From an uncultured Gammaproteobacteria bacterium (GTDB taxonomy: Bacteria > Patescibacteriota > Patescibacteriia > UBA9934 > CAZDDW01), in contig CAZDDW010000001.1 in assembly GCA_964504365.1 (NCBI GenBank), positions 68,293-132,292 of the forward strand: 64,000 nt of DNA, written 5' to 3'. The position numbers and the translations under genes were made by a program. Below are positions 58,369-64,000 of this stretch, one piece after another (within the stretch, counting starts at the first letter, position 1; each line of letters starts with the position of its first letter). The notes below the pieces were generated by a model. It ran no database searches. It was not told the DNA's origin and saw only the letters and a list, made by a program, of their open reading frames with translations.

Positions 58369-59511
58369 TTATTTTGAAAAAGCGAATCCTTGAATTACGC
58401 CAATAACAACAGACGGTACCGTTGTTACGGCTTCAACTGGATTCATCATTACGTATCCAATGATAAAGAAAAGTAGCCCAGCAAAACCAAGCAAGGGAAG
58501 GGCTATAACCGCTGTAGCTATTGCTCCCAAGACAACAACATAATCTTCTTTTCGACGACTTGGTTTGTAGCCTGGTGATAATTCGTTCATGAAAGGGACG
58601 GATTTTCCAACACCCTCAAACTTACTGTTAATTCCTCGTACAACTGTTTGTAAGGTGTTGCCCCCAGGGATGGACCCTAAAAGAATTCCAAACCATTGCA
58701 GCACTGTAGCTACCATTTGAACTAGCCACCAAATCCGAGCTGTTTGATCTTCTTTTTTTAGTTTCGCGGTCTTTTGATTTTGTGCCGCTTGCTGTTCAGC
58801 CGCCGCCGCCTGCTGCTGCTGTTCTTGTTCCTGCTGTATTGCAATAAACCCAGCCTGGCTAAGTTGGGCTTGAGCTGTTTGTTGTTGAATGATCATTAAT
58901 CTGTTTTTTCTGGCCAAAGCTTGTCGTTGTATTAAATTGCTTGGCAGGCCACCTGTGTCAGTGGGGGGGGGCAGGCTTGCACCAACAGGGGGAGCCGAGA
59001 CACCTTTACCTGCAATTTGTGTGTCAGGTGCTGTGGTTTGTTCGGCTCTTTCGGCTTGGCGAGAATAAGAGGCGGCTTGGCGAGAAAGATCCCCTGCTTC
59101 TTTTTTAGATTCTTCAGCTTTTTTATCTTCGGTTTTTGCTAAATTTTCTTTTGCCTTCTGCCACTCCCCCAATGTCTGTCCCTTTTCCTGCATTTCTTTT
59201 TCGCGTTCTTTTTGGACTTTTTCCCAGCGCTTTTCACTTACCAGATTTTCCCGCGCTTCACCCTTCTTCATTTTTGATAACCTCACAGCGTCACGAGCTT
59301 TTTTTGACGCCTCTTTGCTCTGGTCGGCTTCTCTTCTTTGGGCTCTGCCTTTGCCGCGAAGATCTTTCGCCTTTTGATCTAATTGGCGACTCTGGGCATT
59401 TGGTCTGTAGGCAACCTGTTTCCCTCCGGGACGATGAATTTGGCCCTGTATTTTTCGGGATCGTGCTAAGTTCTCTGCCCGCCTTTGTTCTTTTAAAGAA
59501 AGAGTAGCCAT
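58369..59511 (-). CDS. charged coiled-coil protein with C-terminal TM segments
   Basis: N-terminal ~230 aa is K/E/R/Q-rich. The C-terminal half contains 3 TM segments. Confidence 0.35.
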   Translation of the reverse strand: MATLSLKEQRRAENLARSRKIQGQIHRPGGKQVAYRPNAQSRQLDQKAKDLRGKGRAQRREADQSKEASKKARDAVRLSKMKKGEARENLVSEKRWEKVQKEREKEMQEKGQTLGEWQKAKENLAKTEDKKAEESKKEAGDLSRQAASYSRQAERAEQTTAPDTQIAGKGVSAPPVGASLPPPTDTGGLPSNLIQRQALARKNRLMIIQQQTAQAQLSQAGFIAIQQEQEQQQQAAAAEQQAAQNQKTAKLKKEDQTARIWWLVQMVATVLQWFGILLGSIPGGNTLQTVVRGINSKFEGVGKSVPFMNELSPGYKPSRRKEDYVVVLGAIATAVIALPLLGFAGLLFFIIGYVMMNPVEAVTTVPSVVIGVIQGFAFSK

Positions 59512-59512
59512 A

Positions 59513-62023
59513 TTAAGTTTTCATCGCCTGAACTGCAATTTTATTTTTTATGACCAAGATTTTCAATGTTTTGGCCTCTGGTCGTTTAAGCAGGCGATCA
59601 GCGATTGCTGCCTCAACGTCCCTGCTAATTATTTGTCGAATTGAGCGAGCGCCAGTTTTACTGTCTTTAATCTGGTATACAATATAATCAACTACTTTAC
59701 TATTATAACTTATTTTAACATTATTTTTATCCAGACGTGCGGTTAGCTCGTTTAATTGTTTTTCAGTGATTGCTTTTAAGGTTGTTTGGTCCAGTGTTTT
59801 AAACAGACACACGTTATCAATTCGGTTTAACATCTCTGGTCTAAAACGTTCTTCGAGTTCACTGCGCACGTCATCAAGTAGTTGTTCTGAACGATCAGAG
59901 TCATTGCCGGCAAAACCAATTCCACCATTCATAAATTTTTCTAAACCAACATTAGACGTCATAACAACAATCGTGTTGCGGAAGTTTATGGGTCGACCAG
60001 TAGCATCACTAAGCTCACCATTTTCAAGTATTTGTAACAGCAGATTCTGAACATCTGAATGTGCTTTTTCTAGTTCATCAAACAATACTACACAGTATGG
60101 TCGCTGCTTTACACGATCAGTTAATTTGGCATTTTCACGATAACCAACATATCCAGCAGGCGCACCTATTAATTTAGAAACAGTGAAACCTTCTGCGTAC
60201 TCGGACATGTCTAAACGAATTAAATCATCTGATCCACCAAAAAGTTCTTTGGCTATTGTGTGTGCCAACTCTGTTTTACCAACTCCTGAGGGTCCGATGA
60301 ACAAGAAGGAAGCCAAAGGTCGTTCTGGATGATTGATCCCTGCCTTGGCTCTGCGCATAGCATCAGCCACGGTCTGAATGGTTGTTTCTTGACCAAGTAC
60401 ATGTTTGGATAGTGTTTTCTCAAGTCCGAGCAGTTTCTTAGAAGCCCCTTGCGAAAGATCGTCCAGTGGCACGCCGGTCATGCGAGAAACCACGCGAGCC
60501 ACATCTGCCTCTTCAACTGTTCCAATTAAACCTTGGGCTCGTTCTTCTTGGTGCAGCTTGGTCAGGAGTTTGGCTTTCTTTTCTTCCACCTCTTTTATTT
60601 TAATAGCGTCTTTGAACCGTTCTTCAACAATTGCCTGGCGTTTGTCTTGTTGAACACGTTTAATTTCACGCTCTAACTCGAGCAGCCGTGATGTAATTTC
60701 TGAACTTGTATCAGCGACTCGATGAGCAGCTGCGGCTTCATCGATTAAGTCGATCGCTTTGTCTGGGAGATATTTATCTGGAATGTATCGGATCGATAAG
60801 TCTACAGCAGCCTGGATAGCCGCTTCACTTATCTCAACATTATGAAAGCGTTCATAGTTTTTACAAATACCTTGAAGGATGGCCTGCGTGTCTTCGGCTG
60901 AAGGCTCTTTGATAATCACTGGCTGAAAGCGACGTTCTAACGCGGCATCAGATTCAATGTTCTTTTTAAATTCTGCAGTAGTTGTAGCTCCGATGCAGCG
61001 GATATCACCGCGAGCCAAAGATGGTTTTAAAATATTGGCTGCATCAAGCGATCCGGCGCTGGCTCCTGTGCCCATGATTGTGTGCAGCTCATCAATAAAT
61101 AAAATAATGTTTGCGTTGCCACGCACCTCTTCGATGACCTGTCGTAATCGTTCTTCGAACTCACCACGATACATTGTTCCAGCAATAACTAATGACATGT
61201 CCAAGGCCATGATTCGTTTACCTTGCAAAATCGGCGGCACATCATCTTCAAGAATCCGCTTGGCCAAACCTTCAGCAATAGCAGTCTTACCGACTCCTGG
61301 TTCGCCAAGTAAAACTGGATTATTCTTTGTTCGACGACATAAAATTTCCATAACTCGCTGGATTTCATCATCACGAGCAATAACAGGATCAATATTTTGT
61401 TGAACCTCTTCAGAAGTCAGGTCACGAGCAAAGTAGTCAAGAGCTGGTGTTTTGTTGCTGGTTTCTTTGAGTACAGAAGGCTCAGGTGTATCTTTGATTG
61501 TTACACCCAGCGGCAGCTCTTCCTCGAGCTCATCAATAGTATCTGTGAACTCTGGAAATTTAGAAGTACTTTTTAAAACAACAGCTATCTGTTCATTTAA
61601 TTGTTTGGTATCAATTTTTTCTTTTGCAAAAAAATCCTTAATAGGACGATTTTTAACCTGAAGCAACCCTGAGAGTAAATGTTCAGTACCCACGTACCTG
61701 TGTTCGTAAATATTAGCTGTGAGCACAGCTTTTTCAATTACTCGCTTAGCATCATCAGATAGCACAGGGACAGTCAGGGTGTCTTGGTCAGGACTTGGTT
61801 TAACACCAGTACTACTTTTTTCAATTAGTGTTCGTAAACGATCTGATTTAATTTTACTCTTACTCATTATCTCAGCTCCGATACAGCCTTTTTGTGTTGC
61901 CAGAGCCCAAAGCAAATGTTCAGGCATGATCTGATCCTGGTTAGTTTCCGCGGCAAAAGACAAAGCCTTTGTCAGTACGTTCTTCAGGTGAGTAGTAAAT
62001 TTTTCTACAATATCTGACTGCAT
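59513..62023 (-). CDS. clpC: ClpC/ClpA-type AAA+ chaperone (Clp protease ATP-binding subunit)
   Basis: Clp_N repeats and two AAA modules (GEPGVGKTAIAEGLA; GPSGVGKTELAHTIA). Confidence 0.9.
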   Translation of the reverse strand: MQSDIVEKFTTHLKNVLTKALSFAAETNQDQIMPEHLLWALATQKGCIGAEIMSKSKIKSDRLRTLIEKSSTGVKPSPDQDTLTVPVLSDDAKRVIEKAVLTANIYEHRYVGTEHLLSGLLQVKNRPIKDFFAKEKIDTKQLNEQIAVVLKSTSKFPEFTDTIDELEEELPLGVTIKDTPEPSVLKETSNKTPALDYFARDLTSEEVQQNIDPVIARDDEIQRVMEILCRRTKNNPVLLGEPGVGKTAIAEGLAKRILEDDVPPILQGKRIMALDMSLVIAGTMYRGEFEERLRQVIEEVRGNANIILFIDELHTIMGTGASAGSLDAANILKPSLARGDIRCIGATTTAEFKKNIESDAALERRFQPVIIKEPSAEDTQAILQGICKNYERFHNVEISEAAIQAAVDLSIRYIPDKYLPDKAIDLIDEAAAAHRVADTSSEITSRLLELEREIKRVQQDKRQAIVEERFKDAIKIKEVEEKKAKLLTKLHQEERAQGLIGTVEEADVARVVSRMTGVPLDDLSQGASKKLLGLEKTLSKHVLGQETTIQTVADAMRRAKAGINHPERPLASFLFIGPSGVGKTELAHTIAKELFGGSDDLIRLDMSEYAEGFTVSKLIGAPAGYVGYRENAKLTDRVKQRPYCVVLFDELEKAHSDVQNLLLQILENGELSDATGRPINFRNTIVVMTSNVGLEKFMNGGIGFAGNDSDRSEQLLDDVRSELEERFRPEMLNRIDNVCLFKTLDQTTLKAITEKQLNELTARLDKNNVKISYNSKVVDYIVYQIKDSKTGARSIRQIISRDVEAAIADRLLKRPEAKTLKILVIKNKIAVQAMKT

Positions 62024-62024
62024 A

Positions 62025-62918
62025 TTAAATCATGTCACGCAGTTTTTTAATTCGTTCTTCAATTGGTGGATGGGTTGAAAATAATTTCGAGAATTTCTTC
62101 TTTTTGTGTGGATCAAACGGATTAGCTATGAATAGGTGTGCTGTGGCATGGTTAGCTTTTTTCAGCGGACGATCAATAGCTGCAATTTTTTCTAATGCCT
62201 TGGCCAGACCTTCTGGATATCGAGTAAGTAGTGCAGCTGAAGCATCGGCCAGGTGTTCACGAGATCGAGACACGGCTAATTTGATCAGCTCAGCAAACAG
62301 TGGTGATAAGATGGCCAGAACAATTCCGACAACCATAAGTACGGCAGCAACTTGACCTCCTCGATCAGATGATGAGTCACGACGGCCAAAGAAAAAACTG
62401 CGCATCATCAAATCTGAAAGCAAAATTATCACTCCAACCAGAACAACAACAAGGGTCATCACTCGAATGTCAAAGTTTTTAATATGTGAAAGCTCGTGAG
62501 CCAGCACGCCTTCGAGTTCAGTTCGTTCAAGTACTTTAAGCAATCCTGTGGTCACGGCGATCGAGGCGTGTTCAGGATCACGTCCAGTAGCAAAAGCGTT
62601 CGGTGATGTATCATCAATGATGTAAACCTTTGGCATTGGAACTCCAGCAGCAATGCTTAGGTTTTCAACGTAAGTGTAAAGCTCAAAATTGTCTTCGCGT
62701 GTGGCTTTCTTAGCCCCAGCAGTGAGTAGGCTAACTTTGTCGCCTTTGTAATATCCAATCAAGACCATTATCGTTGCCACTATCGTTGCTATGACAATCC
62801 CTATATTGGGATCACCCCAATACATACCAAAAGCCCAGCCAAGTAAAATAATCACCACCGCGAAGATGGCGATTAACAAAACAGTCTTGCGTTTGTTTTT
62901 AGTAATTTCGTTATACAT
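62025..62918 (-). CDS. htpX: M48 zinc metalloprotease HtpX
   Basis: HELSHIKN HExxH motif. 4 TM segments. Confidence 0.85.
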   Translation of the reverse strand: MYNEITKNKRKTVLLIAIFAVVIILLGWAFGMYWGDPNIGIVIATIVATIMVLIGYYKGDKVSLLTAGAKKATREDNFELYTYVENLSIAAGVPMPKVYIIDDTSPNAFATGRDPEHASIAVTTGLLKVLERTELEGVLAHELSHIKNFDIRVMTLVVVLVGVIILLSDLMMRSFFFGRRDSSSDRGGQVAAVLMVVGIVLAILSPLFAELIKLAVSRSREHLADASAALLTRYPEGLAKALEKIAAIDRPLKKANHATAHLFIANPFDPHKKKKFSKLFSTHPPIEERIKKLRDMI

Positions 62919-62921
62919 GAT

Positions 62922-63479
62922 CTAGAACTTTACGTTCGGGGTTTCATGTACTTCGTCTGGTGCGTCAAAGAATTCTGCAGCTTTGAATCCAAGCATGCCA
63001 GCAATAACGTTAGTTGGGAAGACTTCGATCTTGGTGTTAAAGTCGCGGACAATACCGTTGTAAAAACGGCGTGAGGCCTGAATTTTGTTTTCTGTATCAG
63101 CCAGCTCCTTTTGTAATTGCAAGAAGTTCTGTGACGCTTTTAGGTCTGGATAGTTCTCAGCAACAGCAAACAATGATTTCAGTGTCTCGGACAACATATT
63201 CTCAGTTTTTGCGTGTTCCGCAGGAGTTTTGGCTTGCATTGCTGCAGCGCGTGCTTCTGTTACTTTAGTAAAAACACCTTCCTCGTGTTTGGTAATACCT
63301 TTAACGGTATTAACCAAGTTTGGAATTAGGTCATAGCGTCGCTTGAGCTGTACTTCGATATCGCTCCAAGCTTCTTTTACGCGATTACGTAAAGTGATCA
63401 GGCCGTTATAAGTTAGAATTAGCCAAAAAACAACAGCAACAATGATCACTATAGGGATCCAAATTAACCACATCGGCAT
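62922..63479 (-). CDS. lemA: LemA family protein
   Basis: N-terminal TM followed by the LemA domain (RRYDLIPNLVNTVKG...ENYPDLKASQNF). Confidence 0.8.
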   Translation of the reverse strand: MPMWLIWIPIVIIVAVVFWLILTYNGLITLRNRVKEAWSDIEVQLKRRYDLIPNLVNTVKGITKHEEGVFTKVTEARAAAMQAKTPAEHAKTENMLSETLKSLFAVAENYPDLKASQNFLQLQKELADTENKIQASRRFYNGIVRDFNTKIEVFPTNVIAGMLGFKAAEFFDAPDEVHETPNVKF

Positions 63480-63551
63480 ATATAAAATTTGTTAATTTTA
63501 AGTTTAAAGTCTATAATAAGAGTACTTTATTTAAGCTTAAGTGTCAAAAAC

Positions 63552-64000
63552 ATGAAAAGTTTTCCTGAGGAGATTTTTAAACCTTATGATATTCGAGGTA
63601 CCAATGATCAATTGTCAGAAGAATTAGCACACAAAGCCGGAGCTAGTCTTGTTCATTTAACTAAAGCCAAAACCGTGTTAGTTGGACACGATATACGTGA
63701 TTCAAGCCCTGGGTTACACAAGGCTGCAATTGAAGGAATTATTAGTCAGGGGGCTGATGTGGTTGATATGGGTTTGGCTAGTACACCAACATTTAAGTTT
63801 GCTGTATCTAATTTTGTTGAACATGAAGCCGGCTTGATGATCACAGCTTCTCATAATCCGGCTGAATATAATGGGATTAAGTTTACAGATAGCACGGGAT
63901 ATCCTGTTACAGGTGAAGACATTAAAGAAACCATACTTAATAAGGATTTACCTCAAGTGGAAAAAAGAGGTCAGGTTACGGAACACGATTTCATTGAAGA
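63552..64000 (+). CDS. phosphohexomutase (phosphoglucosamine/phosphomannomutase family), 5' partial at window edge
   Basis: FGTDGIRG-like N-terminus (KPYDIRGT) and the active-site Ser motif TASHNP. Continues beyond the window. Confidence 0.75.
   Translation, partial: MKSFPEEIFKPYDIRGTNDQLSEELAHKAGASLVHLTKAKTVLVGHDIRDSSPGLHKAAIEGIISQGADVVDMGLASTPTFKFAVSNFVEHEAGLMITASHNPAEYNGIKFTDSTGYPVTGEDIKETILNKDLPQVEKRGQVTEHDFIE

Overview
The window reads as a ~43% GC bacterial chromosome segment with standard genetic code (UGA is a stop) and dense, mostly short-intergenic gene packing. Conserved housekeeping genes (nusA, yidC, groES/groEL, prfB, tsaC, rsmA, recG, radA, clpC, htpX, three tRNAs) are interleaved with accessory content. 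That content includes a giant Cys-rich surface protein, a type-IV-secretion/competence-like cluster, tandem pilin-like/M15-peptidase fusion proteins with a DsbA-like oxidoreductase, and several poly-Asp lipoproteins. The gene content is consistent with, but does not prove, a small-genome host-associated bacterium of the CPR/Saccharibacteria type (inference). Several features look unusual. A 58-60% GC islet (10030-11890) encodes a three-member paralogous protein family of unknown function plus a small membrane protein. A Cas2-like-fold gene (33041-33571) is precisely flanked by 21-bp inverted repeats and sits next to the T4SS-like locus. A 39-bp perfect leader repeat and a shared promoter-like element (TTGACAGTGCT) link a set of small-peptide and secreted-peptidase genes. 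A palindromic AACYAGATAAC-array leader is shared by nusA and groEL. Compositional islands of high GC occur at 5020-5790, 6774-7376, 10030-11890 and 27057-27790. All calls were made by eye from translated ORFs and motif recognition; no database searches were run.
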